Below, in pieces: positions 35,628 through 49,883 of a stretch of DNA of 64,000 bases. Origin of the DNA: Isurus oxyrinchus (Eukaryota); contig JANJGN010000007.1 in the NCBI GenBank assembly GCA_026770705.1, forward strand, positions 109,244,001 through 109,308,000, written 5' to 3'. A program made the translations under genes and the position numbers. Every line of letters starts with the position of its first letter. The stretch's first letter is position 1. A model generated the notes under the pieces. It was not told where the DNA came from, searched no databases, and saw only the letters and a program-made list of their open reading frames with translations.

Positions 35628-38600
35628 GGCTGGAATTTTCCAGCCCTGTTGGCGTCGGGTAACATGGTAGGCGGGGGAGGAACCATATGGTGAAAAGGTG
35701 AAAAATCTGTTTTAGGTCATCATGAAACCATTTGTGATCATCCACCAGCACCCGTCAATGACGGGCCATATTTCTCTTCACTGGACAACAAAAACATAAT
35801 TTTAATACAAATTCATCTAATTATAAGCCCCATTAGCCAATCATTAAGAAACAACCCCCCACATCAAATTTTCCGCTCACTTCGGTGGGGTTTTAGAATG
35901 TCATGCTTCACAACTGCCTTCAAAAAGCCTGCGCCTGGCGACCTGAACTTCTGCCCGGATGATATCAAGGATGAGGCTCTGTGCATTCACAGGGAGCACA
36001 GGCAAGTCGCTTTGTCCTGGCTGCCTTTCAGTGCATTGCCGGGGCAAGGGTTCCAGTGCGGTCCAGACTGGGGGGGACAGTGTTGTGGGGTGGTGCGAAG
36101 CAGCACAGGCAGACTGCAAGGAAGCCTCAAGCACATGCTGCAAGAATGGGAGGAGAAAGGAAATGGCCATGCACTTGAGAAAGGTTGTCAGAAGTAAGCA
36201 TTCTTTAGCAGCTGAAATTGTTCAGCTGCAGCTCCATTAATATGCTTCGTGTTGAGCCTCTGAATCTTCCCTGCCCACTAAAGCAACATAAAATCATAAA
36301 AGTGAGACCAATTGCTGCGGAAATTTTCTCGCCTCGTGTGCAGACTGCAAGTCAATGTGTGTTTTAGGGAGCAGCAGGGTCATTAGCCGACTAGGAAAGT
36401 TGTACAATCCCCTTGCAAAAAGTGCCATGGCAGAGCCTCTAGTGGAGGCGCTAATATCCCCTTCTAATGCTTCTATTAAGATATGGACCAGCATCCAATT
36501 TGGCCAAAGCTAACAGCACAACCTTGCAATGAGGGTTAGCGGAATACCTGCGCCTGAGTTGAGAGCACAGCATGCAGTCCAATGGCTGAAGCTGCTGCAA
36601 ATTGATCAAGTGGAGTGGGGCGGAGGTGGGTACGGTTTGGTACAGCCATAAAGAGCACTACACACTGGCCACCCAAGTGATGGCCAGCACTCTCCTGCAT
36701 GTGAGAAAGGGCCTTCAGATTTAACAATGACATGCTCTTAGTACTCCCCACCCATGCTAACCCATACATCTCTCTGTTTGATCCTGCATGGTCATGGAGC
36801 CTGGTGATTTAGCAGTATACCTCACTGCTTACAGAAACCAGAGAATAAGAAGCAGAGAGCAGTGGAGACGCCTGGCTTGCCAAAGGAACAAGCACATCCA
36901 CCAAGACAAAAGGGCAGCAGGGTCTGCTGCGCACATACTGGCAGGTGCCCTGGTAGAAACAGGCTCTATCGACAGTGCCTGTCATTCCTGCAGATGACTG
37001 AAAACCAGTGTTGCCGCAGATGGTGCATGTGTTGGGAAATGATCAATCACATATGCCACCTGCTGCAGGATTTGGCATCATGGGGACATGGAGGGCATCC
37101 ACGCTCAGTGGCCATGAAAGTGACAGTGGTGCGCAATTTTACACCAATGGCTTCTTCCAGGCTACACAGGTGCCTCCATGTGCAAGTGTATCCAGGAGGT
37201 CACGAATGCGATCTTCTCAATAGCACAGTACTTTCAGCATTTTGCCCTGCGACAGGAAAACCAGGATGCAAGGGCGCTGGGGTTTGCACCGATCTCAGGT
37301 TTTCCACAGGTGCTGGGTGCTGTCCACCGCACTCATGTGGCACTTTGGTTTTTGTGGCAACATGCTGTCAACTACATCAACAGTAAGTGTTTCCACTCAC
37401 TCAATGCTCAGTCGGTGTGCGACCACCACAAACACATCCTGCAGATCGGCATGCATTTCCCAGGAAGCGTCCAGGACTCCTACATCCTTCGAAGGTCCCA
37501 AACCCTGACACTTTCCAGGTCCACAGAGACTGCAGGGTTAGCTCCTTGACGATAAGGGCTACCCACAGAGGATGTGGCTGATGGTACCCGTTTGGTGGCC
37601 CAGACTGCATAAGAGAGACGGCACAACGATGCTCAAGCCACATCCCTGGTTTTGGTGGAGCAAACCAAAGGCATTCTGAAACTGATGTTCCAGTACCTAT
37701 GCAGGTCTGGTGGAGTAGTGCAATACAGTATCCAGAGGGTGTTGCACACCATCGTTGCTTGCTGTGGACTCTACAAAGTCTGGCGTTGCGAAGGGGATGG
37801 GACCTAGCTGATGAAGAGACGGAGGAGTTACAAATATCCTCCGATGAAGAGGACGCCGAAGGGGCTGATGTTGAAGAGACCCTCAAAAGTGGGGTTTCCC
37901 ATGATGAGGCCATCACAGTGGCCAGACGAGACAGGCGGACAATGGAGGCCCTCTTAGCCGCACATTCGTGTAGGATGGTGATGAGATGCAATGAAGAAAT
38001 TCACACTGTGCATCTATGAATGTTTGGCACCTGAGTGGCTAATGGCACAATGCCCAGGCCCATGTCAGGGAGATGTATCAGAGGCCCTAATAGTCACTAG
38101 ATTCCAGGAGGGTGATGATGACATGCAGCGGGGTCACTCCATAAATCTTCAATTGCCTCTGTGAATGTCTGACTCCTGCCTGGGTGAGGGCAGCTGGCTT
38201 GCACTCTGTGATTAGGATCATATGGAGATGCATCCATGAAACTTTAAATGCACCTGATCGTTTGCCAGCCTTCAGCGCCTGAACGCTTCAGGAGCACAAT
38301 GACACCAGTCACATATGCTGAAGATATGGGGGCCAGCCCCACCTCAAAGATGCTGAGAGCATACTGAAAGAATAATGGAACTCTGTGATGCAGCACTGAC
38401 AAGCATCATGGAGGTTCAGGCATCACAAGCGTGTCAGGTGAGTGTTAAGCCGGATCATCACTTTGGCCTGAAGGTTACACACTGCACAGGGAAGAGGCCT
38501 GGGGTTGAGACACCTGCTTTATCTTGTGCAGGAACCAAGCTTCCACATGTGAGTGACATGAACGAACATGAACACGAACAAGGACCCATAGGCCAGGAAA

Positions 38601-40043
38601 ATTTCCTGGGAGTTTATTTACAATAGTGAGCATTAATGTACCAGACTGTCGAGTATACATTTCTAACCCTGTCGCTAAGCCTTGGTGGCAGCTCCAGCAA
38701 ATATGAGATGCCGAATCCAGAGGCTTCTCATCTAACTCAGACTCAAAAGATTTTCGGCCTCCAGCAGTCCTCTGTGTGCCAGAAACCTGGGAAGCCCCTG
38801 CCGCTGCCTGTTGTGGATCAGACATTGTGATGTGCTTACCAGATTGTGAATACAAGCCTACTCAACAATTAGATCCTACTTTGATGTGTGTCTGGCCTGT
38901 TGGGAAATGTGGGTGAATGCTGTGATGGGTCTTCAATTAGGATGTCATCAGATTCTTCTTCTGACATGCCTTTGGTTTTGATTCTGGGACCTGGGTCATG
39001 GACAGCCCCGGCAGCTTCCCAGATGTGCCTATGAAAGCGAGAAGAGATAATATGTGCAAGGCAGGTGACTGAGGAACAGAATAATTGACTCACAGCATGG
39101 TTGCCTGATGGATGTTACATTGCTGGATCCTCAATTAGTTGTCACTGCCTCCCTCTCTGTCAGCACAGGAAAGGTCTAGATCATCAACGGCCAGCTGGAT
39201 GACTCTATTTTCAAAATCCTCGAGGACCTTGATGTCAGGCATTACTCCACCAGTCTGCGACCTCTCACTTTTGTTGTGTGGCAGCTTGCCCTGCATGAAT
39301 ACAGCTGGAGAAAGTGCAAGCAGGACACCTGTCAGGCCAGATAATAAGGGTGTGTAGCATGTATGGATGGTGAGAAGTGCTATGGACGGGATCAGAACAT
39401 GTTCTGCAGGGCGGATTAAGGTATGTGTGAGGGAATTAACGGTCATGTCCCTTGGACTGACAGTGAGTGAGATCCCTTTGGATGTGTGATGGGTCTGTGA
39501 TTTGAAAGTGATGAGAAGAGTGATTTACCCTAGTGGAACGGAAGTGATCATTGATTCTCTTTCGGCACTGGATAGCTATCCAATTTGGCAGGCACTGGTT
39601 GTGACTACCACTGCCAGAGCCTCCCATGTTGGATTGGTGACCTTGCTTGCTGGTCTTCGCCCATGGCAGGGTTAGAGGACTTATGGGAGGCCTCCATAGT
39701 GTCCAGTAGGCGCCCGACTGTGGTGTCTCTAAATCTGAGGGCAGCATGTTTCCCCCCTTTGGCAACCATGACTTTCTAACAGTTTCTGATGTCTTAGAGA
39801 GAGCAAGCTCTGCGCAGGCGTACTCTTTAAATATGCCGTCCAGATTACTGAAAGCCTGTTGTGATGATGGCCCGGGCAAATCAGAAGCGGCCCGGCGTGT
39901 TTCCAGGAATGTATTATTAACGAGATTGGATGCACCAGGAGTGGGAAAATTTAGCGTGAAAAGCCGTCATTGTAGCCAATGGGTAAAATATCATTTTTCC
40001 CGCCCACTGCCGCACTCTGTGCAGATCTGGGACGATTCCACTC
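35628..40043. mobile_element. Full-length decayed PIF/Harbinger transposon: transposase (+, ~36790-37972) and Myb/SANT gene (-, ~38640-39770), convergent
   Basis: GFPQVLGAVHRTHV, YINSKCFHSLNAQSVCD, FPGSVQDS, DKGYP; QCRKRIND; imperfect TIRs ggctggaattttccag / ctgggacgattccactc. Confidence 0.88.
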
Positions 40044-42859
40044 TCTGTCTGCATTTAAGAACAACTGAGTTATACCAGGAGAGATCAGTCCTAATCTCTT
40101 GAGTTAATTCAATTGGCCTGTAGTTCAGCATCATAGCAGTGAGATCCAAATCTATGAAGACAAAGGCACATTCAATATAGGATGTCTAAAGAATTGAAAA
40201 ATTCTTAACTTGGATTCAGAAAATTGTCTTGAGTATGGCTGAAAACTCAGTACCTTATTGCTACTTATTTTGTGGTTTATTTTGCTATTGTATAAACTAT
40301 GATCTCAAAATAAGCACTGCTCCTATCTCAACCTGAAATACATAATCTGACACTGTAGAATTTTTCACTTCATTAAGAAGGTTAGGAGTGTACATTGGGT
40401 CTCTATGCTCCTTCGAATGCATACTCCAATGATTGAAGTTAAATTATTAATGTTGAAGAACACAATGCTACTCCCTTTACAAATAGGTTAACCTGGAATG
40501 TAACAAGTTTAAATAAGCACCAGAATACTGTTGCACACCCTTCTAAGTTAGAAACATACTTCATGGAATTTACATCTCTTACTCTACAGCTCTGAGCGAC
40601 AGGAAACAGCAAATTCATTTTCTGATCTACAATTCTTCAATTCCATAATCTTGCATGTTACTGATTTCAATTGTACAACCTCTCATGCTAGCTACTATAT
40701 TCAGTCAATGACCCAGAAAAGAATCACATGGTTTAATTTCGTTGCAACACAACTGTTGCAACACAGCAATACATTTTAGGATGAGCCAAAATGTTTAGGT
40801 GGGTACAGGATCATAATGTGGCATGATGCCACCCATGACGGAGATGCAATTTGATATTCACCATGTACTTTCAGTCATGAAGGATGGTCACTTCGGGAAG
40901 GTAATGCTTTGGAATCCTATTCCTACATGTTTAATTTCCCCGTGGAGGAGAGGAGAGATTTTCAGTGAATCATAACTTTTCTTATAGTAAAGAAAGGCAA
41001 TATGTCTTCCTTCTGAATTAATTTATTAGCCCACTTACTGCATATCGGCTTAGTGTGCATATTACCAATGCAATTAATGTTCTAGGATAATATCACACAG
41101 CCATTTATTGCTTAGCATATGCTTTGTAAAATATATCCAGCTGTAGCTAAACTTTTGGTACCTTAATCCCTGATGTCCAATTGTTCAGCTACATGTGGCT
41201 ATAAAATCACTTGCCCCATGATTTGGTCATGGGGGTTATTATATATCACCTGCCACACCAGTTGCATCAGAGGCAGACAGCTCCTCATTACCATGACTGT
41301 ATCATGGGGCTGAGCGGGTTTCTCAATTCTGCTGGTTTCTCTACAATCAAGAGGGCTGTGTTGTGCTGAGATAATGTAGTGCAGGCAGTATTCTCTTCTT
41401 AAAGGCAATAGGCCCCTATTAAAAAGAAGCTGCACTGAATAATATTGCTGGAACTTAAATGATTAAAAAATGGAGCATAGATATAGTTCCATGTCATTGG
41501 ATGCAGTTCTGGACGCATTAGTTGTCAAGGTGGGAGGAGGAGAGTTGCCATGGTTTCACAAGGGGCCAGAGGCCCACAAGGAGCATCCTAAGAAGGGCAG
41601 GTGACCAGGACTGAGGAACTGGCAGTGGTGCCACAAGGGGATTAATGACTCATGCAAGTGATCAAGGGTTAGCGAATGCATCTTCAAATGACATCTCCTA
41701 ACCAGCACCGTACCAACCTCTGAAGCTGTGCAATCCACTGCATTCTCATCACACTGTGAGCAGCATCCCCTGGCATTCAGATATTCCACCACCTTGGTAC
41801 TCTTACTAATGCAGCCAGCCTCACACCAGCCTCCCAATACCTCCACATCACCGCCAGCTTTTTGACTATGGCATGCACATTCTCCAAACATAGCATAACA
41901 CAATCAATGACATTCTGCCTTCTCTCTTGCAAGATATGACACAATAGAAAGGACGAGGGCAGAACACCTGAGGAAGTAGGATAACATCATCTCGCATGCT
42001 AAGGAGTAGATTGTTATACGGATCATGGGTGCTGGCTACGATGGCGCCCCTGGCACCTAGCGTCGCTAAGGATGAGGGGATGTTTCTGCCTGACGCTCAT
42101 TCTCCACACCCAGCACACCCAGCACATGATGAGTAAGCTGCTGATGACGTGTCAATGGGCCATTGCTTCCAAATCCACCACGCCTTCCTCGCAACAACCT
42201 TCCCTTTCTGAATTCGTGGTTTGGAAACCCAAGATCTGCCCCCTAAACCCCGCACCCCCCCATCACCCCCACCCCCTCCAACACGCACACACACACACAC
42301 TCGCATGCATAAACATACATAAACAGAGCTCAAGGACGAAGAGAGAGGGAAAGCAAATGTACCGACCTAAAAGCGAGAACCCATCCTTGATCTGACAGCT
42401 GAGGCCACCTGCTCAGTTGTTAATGCTGCACACCAATGGAGACAACTATAGAGTGGAGATCACTGTGTGGTAAATTATATGGCCAGGAACGAGTTGCAGC
42501 TGGGTCAGGGGAAAGTGTGGTTTATTTATCAGCTCACCAGAAGATGAGATCAGAGACAGGACCTACTGAAGGGCATTTAGATAGGTATTTAAATGGGGCA
42601 AGAAATCAGAGTGCTGATGGGCATGCCTGCAATGTTCCTGGGCGCATTGGTTGGCCTGTCAGACTGCTTCCATTCACTGTCAGGAAGCATGGCAGAGTTC
42701 TACTCCAACCTGACAGGGGTTATCAGGCAAAACTTGCCCTCTACATAGCCTTGAATCCATCTCCCTGCCATGCTGCGGATCCAGAGGCACTACTATAAAA
42801 AGTGCACCCTTTGTGTGGAATGGACACCTGCTCCTCCTCCATCCCAGTGGGGATGCAGC

Positions 42860-43680
42860 AACATTTTCTGGAGGTCAGCCATCTCCGCTCCAAGACACCA
42901 CAGCTGGCGTTGCACAGTGCACTGGTCTCGGCCCAATCATCCTCAGCTGTTTCAGCAATGACCCTGCTTTCATCATAAGGTCAGAAGTGGGGACATTCAC
43001 TGATGATTGCACGATGTTTAACACCATTTGCGACTCCACACATAGCGAAGCAGTCCTTGTCCAAATGCAGCAAGACCTGGACAAGAGCAGGAGAGAGGCT
43101 AGAAATACTGCGATGAGTAAGCCACCTCCTGACTACCCAAAGCCTGTCCACCATCTACAAGGTGCAAGTTAGGAATGTGATGTAATATGCCCCACTTGCC
43201 TGGATGAGTGCAGCTTTCACAACTCTCAGAAAGCTTGATACCGTCCAGGAAAAAAACAATCTGCTTGATTGGCACCACATACACAAACAGTCAGTTCCTC
43301 TACCACCGACGCAACATAGCAGCAGTGTGTACCATGTACAACATGTACTGCAGGAATTCAACAACGATCCTTCGACAGCTCCTTCCAAACTCACAACCAC
43401 TACCATCTAGAAAGGCAAGGGCAGCAGATGGATGAGAACATCACCACCTGGAAGTTCCCCTCAAAGTCACTCAACATCATGACTTGGAATTATATCACGG
43501 GTCCTTCTCTGTCGCTTGGTCAAACTCCTAGAGCACCCTCCCTAACAGTTCTGTGGGTGTTCAAACACCACATGGGCTGCAATTGTTCAAGAAGGCAGCT
43601 CACCACCACCTTCTCAAGGGGAACTAGTGATGGGCAAGAAATGCTAGCCGAGCAAGCAAAGCCCAATTCCCTTGAATGAA
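42860..43680 (+). mobile_element. Second-family LINE RT/3' fragment
   Basis: LGPIILSCFSND, TFTDDCT, 3' end ttgaatgaata. Confidence 0.85.
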
Positions 43681-44939
43681 TACTTTTAAAAAATCTTCAA
43701 AGTGACCTTAACCTGCAAAATAACTCCCTGGCCATTTAAGGAATGCTAATGCATGTCCAATCTCATAGCTGAATGCTTGTTATTTGAAAAGTAATATACA
43801 GGTTCATTGCCTGGACTGGCATTGATCAAATTAGCAGCTGAGCTGTGTAACATCGGAATAGCACTCCTTCACAGCCTTCCAAAGTGGACTTCATTCTCAA
43901 GAGGGCGCCTCATGTCGGAGGTATTTGGCAGGGCAGGTCAGGTCAGCAAACTGACACTAGGTTTCCATCGTCTGCTGGCTCTCACAATATCAATTTCAGC
44001 CAATTGTTGAATGCACAGCTTAGGTCCCATATATATATATACATAAATGATTTACGCGGTTCCAAAGGATTAAGATCTTGAGATTAACCTTGGGTACCTA
44101 GATTGGGCAAATGTTAGTTTAATCAACATTTCTCTGTTATTGGAAAACCTGGGTATGTGGCTGACAATAAAAAATAGAAAATGGAACAATACCAAAATCA
44201 GCAATTATTGGCAGGCAGGTGAAGTGCACCCAGGTGACAAGAAGCCTCTAGAAATACAATTGGGCAACCTTCAATTTCCACTCGAGAAGGAGGCAATTAT
44301 TTAGACCCCGGCCTGATGCCAGGGGAGAGCTGCAGGTAGCAAACAGTAATATTGCTGCAGCTCGCCAGTTGCAAGAAGGTAGGAAATCGGCCAGCTATTG
44401 CTGAGCATGAAGAGTTGGAGAAAATGCAGGTGGGCAGAGGGTTGTACTCATGTAGGCAGCCAAGGGACGGGGTATTTTCAGAACAGGAATTGCATGCCTA
44501 TGCTTCATGGACTCTCAAAAATAAAGATTAGAAATTTATTTCATTGCATTCTCAGTGGCCTCCAATGAATACTTAAAGGCTCTTCAACACATAGCATGTG
44601 CATGTGGATGTGGATGATGCCACGCACCCAATTGCTTCACAAAATTTCAACTGGGATTTTCAGGTGGGTGCAGGATCTTGCTTTCCAAAGTAAGGAAACC
44701 TCTGACTGAAACAGACAAGGTGGTCTGCTCACCCATTTACAAGCCTACCTGAAAATTGAATCAGGTGACCGTTGGTGTGCTTGTCTCAATTTCTATGCAA
44801 AAAGCAAGCAGCAGCTGAAAACCATTCCCACTATTTACACCTAGAAAAAGCATAAGCACTTTTACAATAACATCAACGGCACTAATTTTGGAACTCGGAG
44901 CTTATGCAAGTGACAAATGAATAGTTGTTAGGTAGGCAG

Positions 44940-46268
44940 TTGAGTCATACTTAGCACAAAGGAAGATGGTTGTGGTTGATAGAGATCAATCATCTCCGTT
45001 CCAGAGCATCATTGCAGGACTTCTTCAAGGTAGTGTCCTGGGGCCAACCACATTCAGCTGCTTCATCAATGACCTTCTTTCCATTGTAAGGACAAAAATG
45101 GGGATGTTCGCTGATGATTGCACAATGTTCAGCAGCACTAACAACTCATCCAATAAGGAAGCAGTCCATGTCCAAATGCAGCAAGACCTGGAGAATGTCC
45201 GTGCTTCGGCTGAAAAGTTGCAAGCAACATTCGCGCCATGCAAGTGTCTGGCAACGGCCATCTTCAACAAGAGATAATCGAAACTTTTCCCCTTGACATT
45301 CAAAGGTATTACCATCGCTGAATCCAAAAATATCAAAATCCTGTGGGTTACCATTGACCATAAACTGAACTAGACAAGCCATATTAATAATGTTGCAACA
45401 AGAGCAGGTTAGGGGCTAGGAATCCTGCAGCGAGTAACTCACCCTCCTTACTCCCCAAAGTGAGTCCAACTTCTACAAGGCACAAGTCAGGAGTGTGATA
45501 GAATGCTCCCCACTTGCCTGGATGAGTGCAGCTCGAACAATACTAAAGAAGCTTGACACCATCCAGGGCAATGCAGCCCCCTTGATTGGCACTCCATACA
45601 TAAACATTCACTCCCTCCAGCAATGACACACGATGGGGCAATCAAGACTAGAACTTACAAAGAATATAAAAATACAAAACTAAAGGTTCTGTATCTGAAT
45701 ATGCACAGCATTCTTAATGAAGTAAACAATTGATAGCGCACATTGAAGTAGATAAATATGAACTGATAGCCATTACAAGACATGGTTGCACAAGAATTGT
45801 GTCCTGAATACTGAAGGCTCTATGACATGCAGGAAAAATAGGAAACTAGGTAAAGGTGGAAGGGTAGCACTGTTAAACAAGAATGAGATTTTTGCAATAG
45901 TTCGAGATGACCTTGGTGCGCACCATTTACAAGATGCAAGGCAGGAACTTAACGATTCTCCTTAGGCAGTACCTTCCAAACCATCCACCATTATGATATG
46001 GAAGGACAACTCAGCAGGCACATGGGAAGACCACAACTTGAATCTTCCCTCCAAGCCACTCACCATCCTGACTTCGAAATATATCACCATTCCTTCACTA
46101 TTACTGAGCAAAAATCCTGGAAAGCCCTACCTAACAGCACTATGGGTATATCTACATCACATGGGCTGCGGCAATTCAAGGAGGCAGCTCACCACCACCA
46201 TCTCGAGACCAATTAGGAATAGGCCATATATGATGGCCTAGCCAATAATACCTACACCCTATAATGAA
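44940..46268 (+). mobile_element. Second-family LINE RT/3' end with a CR1 APE fragment inserted (~45640-45915)
   Basis: GLLQGSVLGP, MFADDCT; the insert encodes LKVLYLN..LIAIT-like APE start. Confidence 0.85.
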
Positions 46269-48631
46269 TTTTAAAAATGACAGTCTACGGGTAGAATTTT
46301 ATGTCCTCTGTTGGTGGCTTAGCAGGCGCGGATTGGCATGTAATATTCCCCGCATGATCTGTCCACAATTTTACAAGGTTAGGTCAGGCCTAAACCGGAC
46401 AACCCACCTTTGCAGCAATTCACTCTTAAGTGCGCGACTAATGACCACTGATGGGCTATTTCCCACCAAACGTCAATTTTGGGGATAGCAGGAGGGATGT
46501 CAGGCATGTCACCCTACTCTGACCTCAACTGCAAAGGAGAAAATGCCTTCCTCAACAGCCTCCTTTCCACCCGGCCCCACAACAAAGCTTTCCCACTGCT
46601 CCCTCACCATCCTTGCTTCTCCATTAAGACCCCCACCTATCTCACCCCAGTTCTCCAAGCCTCACTTCCCCAGCTAGACATAAGATAGGGTGCCTAACTG
46701 TCCTCTATTTTAAGAGATTGTCCATTATTTTGGATGATTATTCCATGTCCCTAAAGGAACACATTTTGTCCTTTATTACTAGTACAGCCTTTGAGTCACT
46801 GAGCCTGGGGACCACATTTTTGCCTCTCTGTTTTCTTCTTTGAGCATGCACCCATCGCCATCCCCAACCCAGTCGTGTTCTTATGGTTACCAGAAAGCCC
46901 CATTCCAAGTTTCCAGAGTCAAAGAGCACCTTATATTATTTCATAAGTGTTGATCACCATGACATGTAACCACAAGATTTACCTGGTCCTAGATAGGACT
47001 TTGAACCTGGGGACAGCTTTTAATCCCACCCTGGCTACTAATGCTACTAGCACCATTCGGATGCCACAGAAGCCAATCATTTGACTTCCTCCCAAGCGAG
47101 GGTCTGGAAACCCATCTCTAGTCAATTAATACACCTTGGGTGCTCCTCTGGCTATCCGAGGGGCGACCAGCCCTCTCTGGGAACCATTTGTTGGCTGTCT
47201 CACAGGGCCAGGAAATGTGCTAAGGACAGCCATCATAACCATGTCTTTCTCTCTCTCTCCCTTTCTTGCTGCAGGTGGACCATGTCGGGATAATGAATCT
47301 GGTGACCTAACTGTATGCCTGATGGCCTACAGAGATCATGGAAGAAGGAGGTGAGAGTGACTGAGGCACCTGGCTACGCAAAGGCAGGAGCAGAAGCTTC
47401 ATAACGAACGGGCAGCAGGGGCTCCCGCACATGTTGCCAAGGAGCGACAGTGAAACGTGGCTGCTCTGTGCCTAGCAACACCCAGGATCTATAGACGCTG
47501 ACCATCATTCCTGCAGAAGACTGAGCGCCAGTGTCGCCGATGGCTGAGCATGTCTAGGGATCTGGTGGCTCACATCTGCCACTTACTGCAGTACTTGACA
47601 CCAAGAGGACATGGAAGTCATCCACTGCCACATGCTGGCAAAGTGACCGTGGGGCTGAATTTCTCTGCCAGTGGCTACTTTCAGGGCTCCACAAGTGACC
47701 TCTGTGGGACTTCACAATCTGCCACCCAAAAATGCATCCATGAAGATGCATGCCATCTTCTCCATGGCACACAACTTTGTGCATTTAGCCTGGGACCAGG
47801 AAAGCCAGAATACAAGGGCCATTGGATTTGCCCTGATCTTGGGATTCCAACAGGTGCAGTACGCGATTGACTGCATCCATGTGGCACTCAAGTCTCCATC
47901 GCTACACTCAGTGTACTTCATCAACTGCAAGCACTACAACATGCTGAATGTGCAGTCAGTATGCGACGAACAAAAACGCATCCTGCAGTGTGCACATGGT
48001 TTCCAGGGAGTTTGCATGATGCCTTCAACCTGAGTCGCTCGAAGATCCCTGCAGTCTTCTAGGGCCCACACAGGCTGCAGGGTTGTCTCCTTGGGGCCAA
48101 GGGCTTCACGCAGATACCATGGCTGATGACGCCCATACGGCAGCCTTGGACTGCAGCCAAACGACTCTAGAATGAGACTCATGCAGCAGCTCGCAACTAG
48201 GTGGAGCAGACCATCGGGGTGCTGAAGATGATATTCCAGTCCAGTGGAGCCCAGAAATACAGTCCGCAGAGGGTATCACGCATTGTCATCTCCTGCTGTG
48301 CCCATTACAACCTGGCTGTGCAACGAGGTGAGGAGCTAGCTGAGGAGGAGATGGAGGAGCTGCAGGTTTTCTCTGATGAGGAAGTCGTTGACAGGGATGA
48401 GTGCGAGTGGGTCCTCGGTCGTGACGACGACGGGAATGAGGCTGTCTCACTGGATTGATGAAGCAGGAGCTCTCGTGAGGCCCTCAGAGTTGACAGATTT
48501 GTGGAAGATTGAGATGCCATGCAGTGGGGTAACTTCGTAGATACTCACATCACAGTCGTGAACGTTTGACTACAATCTGGCTTATCGCAGCATCAATATC
48601 CTCAGTGGAGGCCCTAATAGTTGTTTGATGA

Positions 48632-48763
48632 AAGGTTACTGGGAAAGGGCAGGAAATTGGAGATGAGGCCGAAATGAGATCACCCATGTTTGTAATGAAT
48701 GGCGGGACTGGCTCGAGGGGCTCAATTGCCTACTCCTGCTCTTAGTTCTTATATTCTTATGTT
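48632..48763 (+). mobile_element. Short CR1 3' tail inside Harbinger
   Basis: gaatggcgggactggctcgagggg...ttcttatattcttatg. Confidence 0.75.
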
Positions 48764-49358
48764 GATCGTAAGAGGATGATGACATCATGCAGTAAGGTAA
48801 CCCCATAGACCTTGACATGGCCTCTGAGAATGTCTGAATCCTGTCTGCCTGTCTGGCCAAGGGCAGCTTTCCTATGCTCTATGATCAAGGCTATCTCAGA
48901 GACGCAGCCTTGAAACTTTAGGTGCATCTGATATTGTGTCCACCTTCAGCATCTCAGCCCTTCAGGAGCATCACTGGTTGCAGACGCTGGTGATATGGGG
49001 ACCAGCCCCACCTTAAAGTAAATGACAACATACAGAGAGTATGAGAGAACTCTGTTGTACCTGCCTACTGCATTCTGGTAGCAATGAACACCACTGCCGA
49101 GGTGCGGGCATCAATGTTGTTTCCAGGGAGATATGAGGCTGATCCATTTGTGGTCTGAAGGCCGCACAGAACACAGCAAAGAGGCCCTGGATTGAAGCAC
49201 TTGCCTTTTATCTTGTGCTGAAATCTTTCACATCTGAGTGACAAGAACACTGCTCATCAGAGCAAGGAGCCAAAGGCAGGGAGACATTCTTGGGAGTTTA
49301 TTCATAATAGTGAATATTAAGTGCAAGTGATTAGCAAGCATGCCTAGGCTGTGCAACT

Positions 49359-49883
49359 GGCGCCATGAGTGGGAATTTCTAGCCGGAGCCGCTGCTTAGC
49401 AACAGCATGACCTCAGCCTTCAAGAATTACATTAACCGTACTGTTGCAGTCATTACAACAGTTGGAAGAATGATTGTGAGAACCCGAAAGGGATTTGACG
49501 TACAATCAACCTAACCCTGGATGAAAGTCATGAGCGAGTACTTAGTTCACAACATGGAGTGGAACATATAGTAATTAGCTTGTACATATTGTGAAGAGAC
49601 AATGTGGCAGCCATTGATGAAATAGATGAAACAGATTCTGCAAGGGATTTGAGACAGAACAGAGCTGAACCTTAGCATTCTGTGGTACACTGAAAGACGA
49701 AAGAACTTTGTGAATGAATTGTCGAGGAGAGTGGAAAACTGATGCTTTCAAGATAGTGCATGGAGGAAATTTGATGTTTAAAGGTTGAAATAATATTTCA
49801 TATTTGACTATTTTAATGTCTTTGTAGCATGAAATATGTACATAAATATTCTTTTAAAACATGCAAAATAAAATTTAATTCTC
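49359..49883 (+). pseudogene. LSM8: Processed (intronless) LSM8 pseudogene: 5' UTR, CDS remnant 49407-49693, 3' UTR with AATAAA at 49867-49872
   Basis: MTSAFKNYINRTVAVITTVGRMIVRTRKGFD/TINLTLDESHERVLSSQHGVEHIVISLYI/..NVAAIDEIDETDSARDLRQNRAEP*HSVVH*, versus recalled vertebrate LSM8 MTSALENYINRTVAVITSDGRMIVGTLKGFDQTINLILDESHERV...; frameshifts and TAG at 49673. Confidence 0.95.

Noticed and set aside
41199-41435. 78-aa ORF in unique sequence
   Set aside because: No recognisable motif or splice structure.
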